Shown one piece after another: positions 39,450 through 48,729 of a stretch of DNA of 64,000 bases. Source of the DNA: Chthoniobacterales bacterium. GTDB taxonomy: Bacteria > Verrucomicrobiota > Verrucomicrobiia > Chthoniobacterales > Chthoniobacteraceae. Within the stretch, counting starts at the first letter, position 1; each line of letters starts with the position of its first letter. The position numbers were made by a program, and so were the translations under genes. Where the stretch lies: positions 128,001-192,000 of the forward strand of contig JBBQZX010000006.1 in NCBI GenBank assembly GCA_038207335.1, written 5' to 3'. The notes under the pieces were generated by a model that saw nothing but the letters and a program-made list of their open reading frames with translations, had not been told where the DNA came from and searched no databases.

Positions 39450-42197
39450 TCAGTTGATGAGTTGAAATTCCGGCAGGTTCACCACGGCCCACAAGAAGTC
39501 AGCGACTGCGGTCGGTTGCGGTGCCGCGCCGATCATTTCCAGCGCAACGGCTCTCTCCGTATCGCTCGGCGGGCGATCCAGAAGTTGTCGATACGTCTCG
39601 TCGATCCATGCCGCTGGATCGCGCTGTGCGACTGGTGCCATTTGTGTGCCGGCGGTGTCGAGTTGATGGTCGAGCGTTCCTCCGTTTGTGAGTTCCAGCG
39701 CTTGCAGCGTCGTCGCGGCGGTCGCGCGCGCAGGGACGACTTGCTCCCGATTCGGCCGATCGAGCGCCGTCTGTAGCGGATCGCTGGCGACGAGCGACGC
39801 CCGCATTTCACCAACGTGTGTTGCGATCGAAAGCGCAGGTGCGAGCCGGGGACCGAGTTCGACTGGCTGGTTCGCAAAATCATTTCGCGCGATCGGCTCA
39901 AGACCCGGCCCTTCGTCGATTGGCGAAGTACCCGGTGCGAGAGCCTTCGCCAAAGCCCATCGGTCGTCGGGCAGCGTGACGCTGTTCCACTTCACCTCGG
40001 GATTCCGCCGCGCGCGCCATGTCGCATCGCTCGTCACTTCAAGACTTTCCTCATCGTCGAATTTACAACGCAGATAAAAAGCAAGGCCGCTCTGCTTGTT
40101 GAGATGCTCCGCCGACCCCGGAAATTTCTTCCGCTCCGCGTCGTTCATGGATTTCTCGGTGTGGCTCGAGACTTCGATTGCGATGACATTCTTCCCGACG
40201 ATTAGCAGCGGCTCGAGATCGAGCAGCACGATTCGCCCGTTTCGCGACCCGTCCCGCATGATCGGATTCGCCACTTTGCCATTCACCTGCACGCTGAATC
40301 CCTGGCTCGCGAGCGCGGTGGCGTAAGCCCGCGTCGGCTTCTTGGCGAGCGTGAGTTCTTTTCGAAAAACGACCGGATGTCGCAACCCAACCGTCTCATC
40401 CTCGCTCGCCTTCAGCTCCACCTGCGCTGCGCTGGCCGCGGCCGCCGATTGCTCCGCGAGTGCCCGTGCCTGCTCGATCTGAGGACCTCCGGCTTCTGCT
40501 GCTGCGAGTGCCGCAGTCTGCGCCGCCGCGAGAGATTTCATCGCGCGTTCAAGCTGGGTCTTCGCGTTCCGTGCCGCGCCGCGCTGTCCGCCGAGCGCGA
40601 CCGGCTCGTCGGTCCAAATCCACTGCGGCGTATTTGCATCGCTGTGACCAAAGTCGAATTCCAGCGAACTCGGCAGACGCGCCCACTTTCCCGAGAGTCC
40701 GCTCAGCGCGTCGGCAAACTGTTCCGCTGTCAGCCGTCGCGTCAGTGGGCCGCGAAAGACGAACGCCTCTTTTTCTCGCGGCGATTCCACGGCGGGGAGT
40801 TGGTACGCATTCGAGGTGAGGATGATTTCGAGCGTGCGCTTCAGGTCGTATTTGTGCGCCACGAGGTCCTCGGCGAGCCAGTCGAGCAGGTCGCGATTCC
40901 ACGCCGGCTGATCCATGTCATCCAGCGGCTCCACGAGTCCGCGGCCCAGCAGCCGCGCCCACAGGCGGTTCACGATCGTCCGCGGGAGCCGCCCATTTTC
41001 GCGGCTCGTCATGATCTCCGCGAGCCGCTGCAGCCGCGCCGGTTTCGCGGCGCTCGCATCGATCGCGCCGAGCGCCGGATAGAGAAATGCGGGCGTCGCT
41101 TTCTTCCCGGTCGGCTTGTCGCAATGAACCAGCTCCAGCTCCGCATCGCTGTAAACCGCGGCCAGCCCGTACGCATCCGAGAGCGCCCAGTCGTTCACGA
41201 AGCTGTCGTGGCACGAGGCGCACTTGATGTTCACGCCCATGAAAACCTGCGAGACGTTTTGCGACGCCTGCATCGGCGGCGACATCGCGGCGTTCACATT
41301 TCCGCGCCACAAGATGCCCCGCGTGAAGCCCTCGCTCGCCGCGCTCGGATTCACGAGCTGCGCCACGAAGCGGTCGTAAGGCAGGTCCTCGAACAGCGCG
41401 GAATAAAGCCACAGCGAGATCTGCCGCCGCCCGCCGTCGATGTATCCGGTGCCCGCGTAATCGTTGCGCAGCAGGTCGTTCCAAAAGGTGATCCAGTGAT
41501 CCGTGTAGCCGCGCCGGTCGGCGAGCAGCGTGCGCACCAGCGTCTCCCGCTTGTCCGGCGCGGCGTCGGCGGTGAAAGTGGCGAGCTGTTCCGGCGACGG
41601 GAGCAGGCCGATCGTGTCGAGCGATGCGCGGCGCAGAAATAGGCGATCCTCCACCGGGGCGGGCGGCGCGATCCCATGCGCCGCAAAATACGGCGCGAGC
41701 AGCCGGTCGATCGGATTGTTCTCCGGCGCGTCAGGCAGCGCGACTTCGCGCGGATGCAGATTCTGCGGCTCCGGTTTTGCAAAAGTGATCGCCGGGTCCC
41801 ACGGCATCTGCTGATCGATCCACGCGCGCAAAAGCCCGACCTGCTCCGGCGTCCACTTCGTCCCCTTCTTCGGCATCACCTCATCCGGGTCTGTGCCCGC
41901 CACGAGATCCACCACCGAGCTCTTCGCGCTCTCCCCGGGCACCACCGCCGCCCCACTTTCGCCCCCCTTCAGAAACGCCTCGCGCGTCTCCAGGCTGAAG
42001 TCCCCCTTCGCCTTCCCCTTCGCGTGACACTTCACGCAAGTCGTCTCCAGCAGCGGCTTGATCTCCTTCACAAAATCCACCACATGCCCCGCCGCCGGAG
42101 GCAGCCCCCGCCCTGCAACCTTCTCCCCATCAGCATCCGCAGCCCGTGCCGCGACGAACAACAGGAGGAGACCGATGAAAATGCGGGGAGTCTTCAT
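39450..42197 (-). CDS. Planctomycete-type cytochrome c / DUF1549 / DUF1553 protein
   Basis: Signal peptide from ATG 42197; CVKCH and CASCH heme motifs; 'FLRRASLDTIGLLP', 'VNRLWARLLGRGLV', 'LQALELTNG'; directly upstream of DUF1501. Confidence 0.9.
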   Translation of the reverse strand: MKTPRIFIGLLLLFVAARAADADGEKVAGRGLPPAAGHVVDFVKEIKPLLETTCVKCHAKGKAKGDFSLETREAFLKGGESGAAVVPGESAKSSVVDLVAGTDPDEVMPKKGTKWTPEQVGLLRAWIDQQMPWDPAITFAKPEPQNLHPREVALPDAPENNPIDRLLAPYFAAHGIAPPAPVEDRLFLRRASLDTIGLLPSPEQLATFTADAAPDKRETLVRTLLADRRGYTDHWITFWNDLLRNDYAGTGYIDGGRRQISLWLYSALFEDLPYDRFVAQLVNPSAASEGFTRGILWRGNVNAAMSPPMQASQNVSQVFMGVNIKCASCHDSFVNDWALSDAYGLAAVYSDAELELVHCDKPTGKKATPAFLYPALGAIDASAAKPARLQRLAEIMTSRENGRLPRTIVNRLWARLLGRGLVEPLDDMDQPAWNRDLLDWLAEDLVAHKYDLKRTLEIILTSNAYQLPAVESPREKEAFVFRGPLTRRLTAEQFADALSGLSGKWARLPSSLEFDFGHSDANTPQWIWTDEPVALGGQRGAARNAKTQLERAMKSLAAAQTAALAAAEAGGPQIEQARALAEQSAAAASAAQVELKASEDETVGLRHPVVFRKELTLAKKPTRAYATALASQGFSVQVNGKVANPIMRDGSRNGRIVLLDLEPLLIVGKNVIAIEVSSHTEKSMNDAERKKFPGSAEHLNKQSGLAFYLRCKFDDEESLEVTSDATWRARRNPEVKWNSVTLPDDRWALAKALAPGTSPIDEGPGLEPIARNDFANQPVELGPRLAPALSIATHVGEMRASLVASDPLQTALDRPNREQVVPARATAATTLQALELTNGGTLDHQLDTAGTQMAPVAQRDPAAWIDETYRQLLDRPPSDTERAVALEMIGAAPQPTAVADFLWAVVNLPEFQLIN

Positions 42198-42299
42198 GCA
42201 GGGAAAGCGCACCAAAACTACCACAAGCCAGCCATCCCGAAACAGGCAAACGCCAAATCGAAGCCCCGCGCCGACCAAATCTGGATCGCCGGGACACTC

Positions 42300-42560
42300 A
42301 CCTTTCTCCTTCTTCGCCTCTTCCCCTGGCTCCGGGAGCTGCAGCAGCAGAGCCGCGACTTGCCTCTCCAGCCGATCCGCCCCCTCGATCTTCGCCGCAT
42401 CCCGAAACGGTTCGGCGGCCTTCAACGTTGCCAGCGCGCTCAGCAGAAACTCCAGCGCCACCGCCGGATCACCTTCATGCGCATGCACGCGGCCGACCTA
42501 ATAAAGGCCGTCCGCTCGCATCGACAAACCGGTCCACTCAGTCAGCGGCCCCGGGTGCCT
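42300..42560 (-). pseudogene. Possible TPR-like gene relic
   Basis: 'RADGLY*VGRVHAHEGDPAVALEFLLSALA' resembles a TPR helix pair and contains an in-frame TAG. Confidence 0.35.
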
Positions 42561-42563
42561 CCA

Positions 42564-43122
42564 TTACCGCCCCCACCGCCCTCCGCTTCTTTTGCGCCTG
42601 TGCCTCGCCCTAGGCACGAGGATGCTTATTTCGACTAAGAATTTCCACCACTTCTTAGGTCTCGGCGGTTTGGCGACGGCGGCGACATCGCCTGCCTTCC
42701 ACGAGGCGAAACGCGAATCAATGACGGGCCGAATGAGCCCATAAGTGTCGTCGTTGAAAGGGATGTGATATTCGGATGGCAATGTGCCCTTTCAGCGTGT
42801 CGGTCAGATCGTCAATGTAGCGTCCCCGGTCATAGTCGAAGTAGGCTTCCGCGAAGGCGTTGCCCTCCTCGTTGAGCCCGTCGCTGATAAGACACCCGTC
42901 CAGATTATTCTCGAAATACTCCAGCGCACTCAGTCGAGCCCCACGCACAGCTTCGTATTCTTCCGGCTCCTCCGTGCGAAGCCACTCGCTGATGAGGTCG
43001 TGCTCGATCAGCCATCGGAAGAAGAAGACAATGTGATGAGATGCGTGGGACACCGGGAGCCCGTAGTCGCTTACTGTGTCAGAATGCCACTTGGCTTTGT
43101 CGTACGCTTTGTTCTTAGACAT
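42564..43122 (-). pseudogene. Frameshifted 'YDKAKWH' family hypothetical protein
   Basis: ORFs 42718..43122 and 42564..42782 join into one coherent protein ('DTLKG/TLPSEYHIPF...KKWWKF') if one base near 42787 is removed. Confidence 0.7.
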
Positions 43123-43183
43123 CGGGGTTTAGTTTTATAGCGGAAGGACAAAGTTTTAACGAACACTGCGGATCTCCGGCCAG

Positions 43184-43340
43184 CTAGGGAGTGGGAGGCG
43201 GCGTCTCCGGCTCCCCGGGGTCGGCCATATAGACTTACGCCCCACCCGCGGCATTTCGCCCGCCGGGAACTGGCGTCGGGGTCTTTGCGGTAGAAGTAAT
43301 CCACCGTGTCGCAGAGGTCCACGGGCAGGTTGGCCGTGGG
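43184..43340 (-). pseudogene. C-terminal relic of a hypothetical gene
   Basis: 'DLCDTVDYFYRKDPDASSRRAKCRGWGV' continues as 'VYMADPGEPETPPPTP*' after a 1-nt shift; no 5' part is present. Confidence 0.45.
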
Positions 43341-43375
43341 CCCGCTTGGGAACGAGTCCGGGCCCAAGCCCTCCC

Positions 43376-44662
43376 TCAGCCGCCCGCGCGAAGGTTCATA
43401 GCGGGCGCGGACGTGGCGGCGGCGGGTGCGTTGGCGCGAGGTGCGAGGTGCGGGAGCGGTGGCGGTGGCGGCGCGAGGCGGCGCACCGGCTCGGGCGCCT
43501 TCGGCGTGCTGAGGCGGAAGCCGTGCGGCGTCTGGTCGTCGAGACCGGCGTTTTTCTTCGCGCGATCGAGGACCTGCCGCATCGTCGTCTTATTCACGGA
43601 GTAAAGCATCGCGTTTTCCTCCGTGACCCTGCCCGCCTTGAAGTGCTCCTCGATGTCCTGCTCGAAGCTGTGCCAGCCGAGCGTGACGCCCGCCTCGATC
43701 GCCTCGTGCATGTTGCGATTTTCACTCTCGCCGAGCTGGATGATCTCGCGCGTCCGCAGATTGCTCCCCGCGATTTCCGTGAGCAATTGCCGCCCGCCGC
43801 CGACCTTTGGCGCGAGCCGCTGGCTCACGATGTAGCGCAGCGTCGATGACAGCCGCTCGCGAATCTGCGCCTGCTCCGACTGCTCGAACATGCCGACGAT
43901 ACGGTTGATGGACTGCCCCGCGCTGATCGTGTGGAGCGTGGAATAGACGACGTGTCCGGTCTCCGCGGCGGTGAGGGCGATTTCCATGGTCTCGCGGTCG
44001 CGGATTTCACCGACCAGGATGACTTTCGGCGCCTGTCGCAGCGCGGCTCGGAGGCCCATGGAGAAAGAGGAGTAGTCCTTCCCGAGTTCGCGCTGGCTGA
44101 AAGTCGCGCGGCACTGTGGGTGCATGAACTCGACCGGGTCCTCGAGCGTGACGACGTGCATCCGCGAGGTCTGGTTGATCTCATTCAGCATGGCCGCGAG
44201 CGTGGTCGTCTTGCCGGAGCCCGTCGCGCCGGTGCAGAAAATGATGCCATTTTTCTCGCGGATCATCTGGCCGAAAACGGGCGGCAGATTCAGGTCGGTG
44301 AAGGACGGGATTTTCGTCGAGAGCTTCCGCATGACGATGGCGTGCCGTCCGATTTGGCGAAAAATATTCACACGAAACCGCGCCGCGCCCGCCACCTCGT
44401 AGCTCGTGTCGCACGACCCATTCTCCTGGAAATCCTTCAGGAGCCGCGCGTTGTCGCCCATCATCGTCTCGGCAAAATGCCGCGTCTGCTCCGCGCGCAG
44501 AACCGGCATGAGGCCGGGGATTTCGACAGGCGTCAGCTCGCCATCGATCTCGACCTGTGGCGGCTGCCCCGTCACGAAAAGCAAATCCGATGTGCCGCGC
44601 CCTCCGGCCTCCAGCATGGTTTTGATCACGTCGTCGAACGGCACTTGCGGGATGGTTTCCAT
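43376..44662 (-). CDS. PilT/PilU-family type IV pilus retraction ATPase
   Basis: 'RFRVNIFRQ', Walker A 'GATGSGKTTT', 'TLEDPVEF', 'VGEIRD', 'AETGHVVYSTLH'. Confidence 0.92.
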   Translation of the reverse strand: METIPQVPFDDVIKTMLEAGGRGTSDLLFVTGQPPQVEIDGELTPVEIPGLMPVLRAEQTRHFAETMMGDNARLLKDFQENGSCDTSYEVAGAARFRVNIFRQIGRHAIVMRKLSTKIPSFTDLNLPPVFGQMIREKNGIIFCTGATGSGKTTTLAAMLNEINQTSRMHVVTLEDPVEFMHPQCRATFSQRELGKDYSSFSMGLRAALRQAPKVILVGEIRDRETMEIALTAAETGHVVYSTLHTISAGQSINRIVGMFEQSEQAQIRERLSSTLRYIVSQRLAPKVGGGRQLLTEIAGSNLRTREIIQLGESENRNMHEAIEAGVTLGWHSFEQDIEEHFKAGRVTEENAMLYSVNKTTMRQVLDRAKKNAGLDDQTPHGFRLSTPKAPEPVRRLAPPPPPLPHLAPRANAPAAATSAPAMNLRAGG

Positions 44663-44812
44663 ATTCTCCTCCGCCTAAGCAGCCTGCGTTCCCGCTTCAA
44701 AGAAATCGCGCAGCACTCATTCGGGGCGGCCGGAGTAAGGATGAGATGCGCGAGTCGAGCCCGCTTCCCGCCAAGGTTATCCCTTTCTTTCCAACGCTCG
44801 CTTTTCTAGAAG

Positions 44813-46111
44813 ATGGGGCACATGTCCGCGCCGGGAGTTATTGCAATCGTCCACCCGCCGCTCCCACTGCTGTTGGCGATCGCGGTCGCGAGTTATCTGC
44901 TCGTGATGCTCACGAATCCTGTGCGCATCAGCCTTCGCGATGGATTCCGCGCAATTCGTCGCTATCGGATGCTGTGGGTCACACTCGGCATTTTCGGATT
45001 CTGCAATGCGCTCTTCGCTCTCGCACAGCGCGTCTATTTTCACGCCGTCCTCCCCGAGACGGAGCGCCCGATTTTCCTCTGGATGCGCGATGCGTGGCGC
45101 GACCCGGCACTGCGCTGGACGGGGTCGTCAGAGTCGGTCTGGTTTCTGCCGCACGGCGACTTCGTGCAGGCGATGCGCGATGCTGTGGTGCCCGCTCTCG
45201 AGAGCCTCGCGGGCATCTTCAATTGCCTCGTCGCCACCTTCCCGCTTTCCGCGCTCGCCGCTGTGCTGCTGCTCGTGAATTGGGACGGACACCACGCCGT
45301 TCTGTTCCGTGCGCTGCGCCGACGCTTCGGACATTTCGGCTGGGTGGTGCATGCCGCGATCCTGCTGTGCGCTGTCGCTGCCATCGCGAAACCCTTTATC
45401 TATGCGGCTCCCCAGTTCCTCGCCGCGCGTGGCGCGAGTGCGGAGGCTGTCGCCGTATGGTTCCAGTGGGCGCCCGTGGCCGCGTGGTTGTCGTTCCTGT
45501 TCGAGTATCTCTTCGGCGTCTGCATCCAGATTTACCTCATCCTGTTTGCCTACATCTGGGTGCGCGGCCTCACCTTCACGCACAGCACGCTGCTCGATGT
45601 CGCCATCCGCCGATTCAGCTTCGTGGTAAAGTGGGCCTCCATCGTGATGCTGCTCAGTACGGTGTGCATCGACGCGCCTCTCATCCTGAAAAACTTTCCG
45701 CTATTCGCGTCGTGGTTTCCTGAGAAGGAGCTCTTCGATTCGCGGCTGAATGTGGCCCGCGCGGCTCTCGCACTTTTCCTCCTGCTGAGCACGACGATGC
45801 AGATCATGCTCACTTTCCACAACGAATCGTGGCGTCGTGCGATGCGCGACCATCTGCGCTTCGTCGTGCGAAATGCGTGGCCGCTGGCGTGGTTCCTCGC
45901 CCTCGCCGGCATTCACCTTTTCGCGCTCTACGCGGGCGACTTCGCTCTTCGTGCGGGCATCGGGGAGGGGACCGCGCTGTGGGTCGTGTGGCGGCTCTTA
46001 TTCCCGTGGCTCGCTGGCTTCGTAATGGCCTGGCTTCTGGCGAGCTGGGTCTGTGTTTTCAAGCACTGCGAGCACGATGCGACACACCCGTCGCAAGGCG
46101 TCACTTTCTGA
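44813..46111 (+). CDS. Polytopic membrane protein of unknown function
   Basis: Many hydrophobic segments over 432 aa; stop overlaps the next start (TGATG); start may be 44822. Confidence 0.8.
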   Translation: MGHMSAPGVIAIVHPPLPLLLAIAVASYLLVMLTNPVRISLRDGFRAIRRYRMLWVTLGIFGFCNALFALAQRVYFHAVLPETERPIFLWMRDAWRDPALRWTGSSESVWFLPHGDFVQAMRDAVVPALESLAGIFNCLVATFPLSALAAVLLLVNWDGHHAVLFRALRRRFGHFGWVVHAAILLCAVAAIAKPFIYAAPQFLAARGASAEAVAVWFQWAPVAAWLSFLFEYLFGVCIQIYLILFAYIWVRGLTFTHSTLLDVAIRRFSFVVKWASIVMLLSTVCIDAPLILKNFPLFASWFPEKELFDSRLNVARAALALFLLLSTTMQIMLTFHNESWRRAMRDHLRFVVRNAWPLAWFLALAGIHLFALYAGDFALRAGIGEGTALWVVWRLLFPWLAGFVMAWLLASWVCVFKHCEHDATHPSQGVTF

Positions 46112-46770
46112 TGGCACCGCTTCTCGAGGCACGCGACCTCTGCTCCGCGGATCAAGAGCCCACGCCCCTTCGCGGGCTGTCGATCGCATTCGCACGCGGC
46201 ACATTCAGCCTTCTCACGGGCGCTGATGGAGGTGGCAAAAATCGACTCCTCCGGCTGCTCGGATTGTTGGAGATGCCTGCGTCCGGCGAGGTTTTTTTCG
46301 ATGGCCGTGCAACTTCTGCGCTCGCGGATTCCGAGCGCGAGCAACTGCGCAATACCCGTTTCGGATACCTCTTCTCATCGCCCTTCCTTCTCCCCTCCCT
46401 GAGCGTCGTGGAGAATGTCGCGATGCCGCTTTTTCGCATCTCGCATTCCGAGCCCGATGAGGCGCGAGTCCGCACCTCGGAGTTGCTGGAATTCACCCAT
46501 CTCGCAGACCACTCCATCGCGCGGGTCGGCGACCTTTCACCCGCCGAGCAACAACGCACTGCGCTCGCCCGCGCACTCGCAAACCGGCCTGCACTCTTGA
46601 TCGCCGAGGCAGTCGCGCCCGCCATTGCCGCGCTGCTGCGGCTCGCGTGCGTCCGATTCGACGTCACCGTCATCGCGTCTGTGCCGCGCGATTTTCCAAC
46701 CGAGCCCGCTGACCGCGTGATCGAAATCGACGGCGGTGCCGTGCGCGCCCCGCATCCTCTGGACGCATGA
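46111..46770 (+). CDS. LolD-like ABC nucleotide-binding-fold protein with degenerate catalytic motifs
   Basis: 'LLRLLGLLE.PASGEVFFDG', 'LLPSLSVVENVAMPL', 'QQRTALARALANRP'; Walker A GADGGGKN, signature LSPAE, Walker B LIAE. Confidence 0.8.
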   Translation: MAPLLEARDLCSADQEPTPLRGLSIAFARGTFSLLTGADGGGKNRLLRLLGLLEMPASGEVFFDGRATSALADSEREQLRNTRFGYLFSSPFLLPSLSVVENVAMPLFRISHSEPDEARVRTSELLEFTHLADHSIARVGDLSPAEQQRTALARALANRPALLIAEAVAPAIAALLRLACVRFDVTVIASVPRDFPTEPADRVIEIDGGAVRAPHPLDA

Positions 46771-47636
46771 CGACTCCCGCCGACGCCACGGAAATCACGC
46801 GCGCCAGCAAGTCCAATCTCGCCCTCGCCTTCATTGCACTGCCGCCCGAGCGCCGCCATGACATCTCGATCTTTTACGCGTTCTGCCGCGTCATCGACGA
46901 CATCGCCGACGACCCCGCGGTACCCGTCGTCGAGCGCCAGCGCGCGCTCGATTTGTGGAAAGAGAGCGTCGCCGCACCACACGCGCATCAGCCCGCGCTC
47001 GCGCCAGTCGTGCGCGACTTGATCGCGAAATACGCGCTCCCGGTCGCGCACTTTCATGAGATCATCGCTGGCTGCGAGATGGACCTCGCGCGCGTGAGCT
47101 TCGACACATGGGAGGAGCTGCGCGGCTACTGCCACCGCGTCGCCAGCGTGGTCGGCCTCGTGAGCATCGAGATTTTCGGCTATCGCGACGCTGGCTGCCG
47201 CGACTACGCGCTGGAACTCGGCCTCGCGCTTCAGCTCACGAATATCATGCGCGACGTAGGCCACGACTACGCGAGCGACCGCCGCATCTACCTGCCGCGC
47301 GCGGAACTCGCGCGCTTCGGATACACCGAGAGCGACCTCGCCGCGCGACGGCACACGAGCGAGTTCACCGCGCTCATGGAATTCCAAGCCGCACGTGCGC
47401 ACGCGCTCTACCACAACGCCACCGAACTCCTCCCACCCATCGACCAGCGTGCAATGGTCGCTGCGGAGATCATGCGCACCGTCTATTTCAACATCCTCAC
47501 GCGCATGGAGCGCGACGGGTTCCAAGTCTTCGAGAAACGCTACCGCCTCTCAAAATTCCGGAAGCTCCTCTGCATCCTGCGCGTCCTCTTGACACCCGTG
47601 CGACTGGTCACGGTGCCCGTGTCGGGACAGCGCTAG
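46767..47636 (+). CDS. hpnD: Squalene/phytoene synthase family, most like presqualene diphosphate synthase
   Basis: 'YAFCRVIDDIAD', 'YCHRVASVVG', 'LQLTNIMRDVG.D', 'RIYLP'. Confidence 0.75.
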   Translation: MTTPADATEITRASKSNLALAFIALPPERRHDISIFYAFCRVIDDIADDPAVPVVERQRALDLWKESVAAPHAHQPALAPVVRDLIAKYALPVAHFHEIIAGCEMDLARVSFDTWEELRGYCHRVASVVGLVSIEIFGYRDAGCRDYALELGLALQLTNIMRDVGHDYASDRRIYLPRAELARFGYTESDLAARRHTSEFTALMEFQAARAHALYHNATELLPPIDQRAMVAAEIMRTVYFNILTRMERDGFQVFEKRYRLSKFRKLLCILRVLLTPVRLVTVPVSGQR

Positions 47637-48613
47637 TATTCTGCGAGGATGGGCCAGTGAAACCACACGGCGATCTCTTCGCCGAGGATGCTGGCGCCGA
47701 GATATTTCTCGGCGACGGCGACGGTGGGTGAACTGAGGCCGTAGGCATTCGCGACGAATTGAGCCGCGACTGATAGGCCGAAGCCGGAGCCAGTGCTGGA
47801 GACGCCGTCCTTGAAAAGTGTGGCGAGGTCGATGTCGCGGAGGCGCTGTGAATCGGCGGCGCTGAGAGAATTGATGAGGATGATTCGGAGATTTTCGCCG
47901 TCGGTGTCGGGGACGGGGAGGAGCACGAGCCGCAAGGTGTCGTCGGCGACGTGCCGGCAGGCGTTGTTGAGGAGATTGTAGAGGATGCGGTCGAGCGCGC
48001 CGAACTCGACGCAGCACTCGGAGATGGCGACATGCTCGGGGCACTCGACGCGGATGTAGATGTCGCGTTCGTGGTAGTGAACGACGGAGCCGTCGTGCTT
48101 TGCGGCGAGCATCCGGGTGTCGTGAACTTTGTGCGTGAGGTCATCGGCGCGCTTCGCATCATCGAGCTCGAGGAGTGCGTTGCGCATGATTTTAAGATGA
48201 TCACGCGTGAGGAAGTGGAGGGCATCGAGCCCGGCGGTGCTATCGTCGGAGTCGAGAAAATCGAGCTGCCCTATCAGCGATGTGAGGCCGCCGCCTCGGA
48301 TGTCGTGGATCGTTTTCGCGAGGAGCGGAGAAGGGTTCGCGCGGTAGCTCGCAGTGCCCATTTGGGTGGCGAGTTCGACGAGGGAATCAACGGATTGCTC
48401 GCGGAGGAGCCCGAGCACTGCGAAACGACGATCTTCGCCGCTGCGCGTTCGGACGAGAGCGAAAAGGCGCTCGAGGAAGCGATAGAGTTCTCGAATGCGG
48501 TGCTGGTCACCGGGCTCAAAGGCGCTCATTGCGATGCACAAGTCATCGCCGAGGTAACGGCGGGTGCGGTGATTGATGAGATTGAGAGGAGCGAGAGCGC
48601 GAAGATTTTCCAT
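47633..48613 (-). CDS. Soluble orphan histidine kinase-like protein
   Basis: H-box-like 'IHDIRGG', N-box 'LYNLLNNACRH', 'LFKDGVSSTGSGFGL'; no TM segment or receiver domain. Confidence 0.75.
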   Translation of the reverse strand: MENLRALAPLNLINHRTRRYLGDDLCIAMSAFEPGDQHRIRELYRFLERLFALVRTRSGEDRRFAVLGLLREQSVDSLVELATQMGTASYRANPSPLLAKTIHDIRGGGLTSLIGQLDFLDSDDSTAGLDALHFLTRDHLKIMRNALLELDDAKRADDLTHKVHDTRMLAAKHDGSVVHYHERDIYIRVECPEHVAISECCVEFGALDRILYNLLNNACRHVADDTLRLVLLPVPDTDGENLRIILINSLSAADSQRLRDIDLATLFKDGVSSTGSGFGLSVAAQFVANAYGLSSPTVAVAEKYLGASILGEEIAVWFHWPILAEY

Positions 48614-48729
48614 ATCCTGCAGACAGTGAGGGGCACGAGGACCACGAACCCACTACATGGGCAATCGCAATCAATACTCCTCGTGGACGCGCGGCATTCC
48701 TAGTCGTCCGACTTCTGCCGGGTACGGCG

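Noticed and set aside
42198..42488. N-terminal extension of the 1012-aa cytochrome c ORF as a real fusion
   Set aside because: The signal peptide begins at 42197; the upstream part looks like an unrelated relic.
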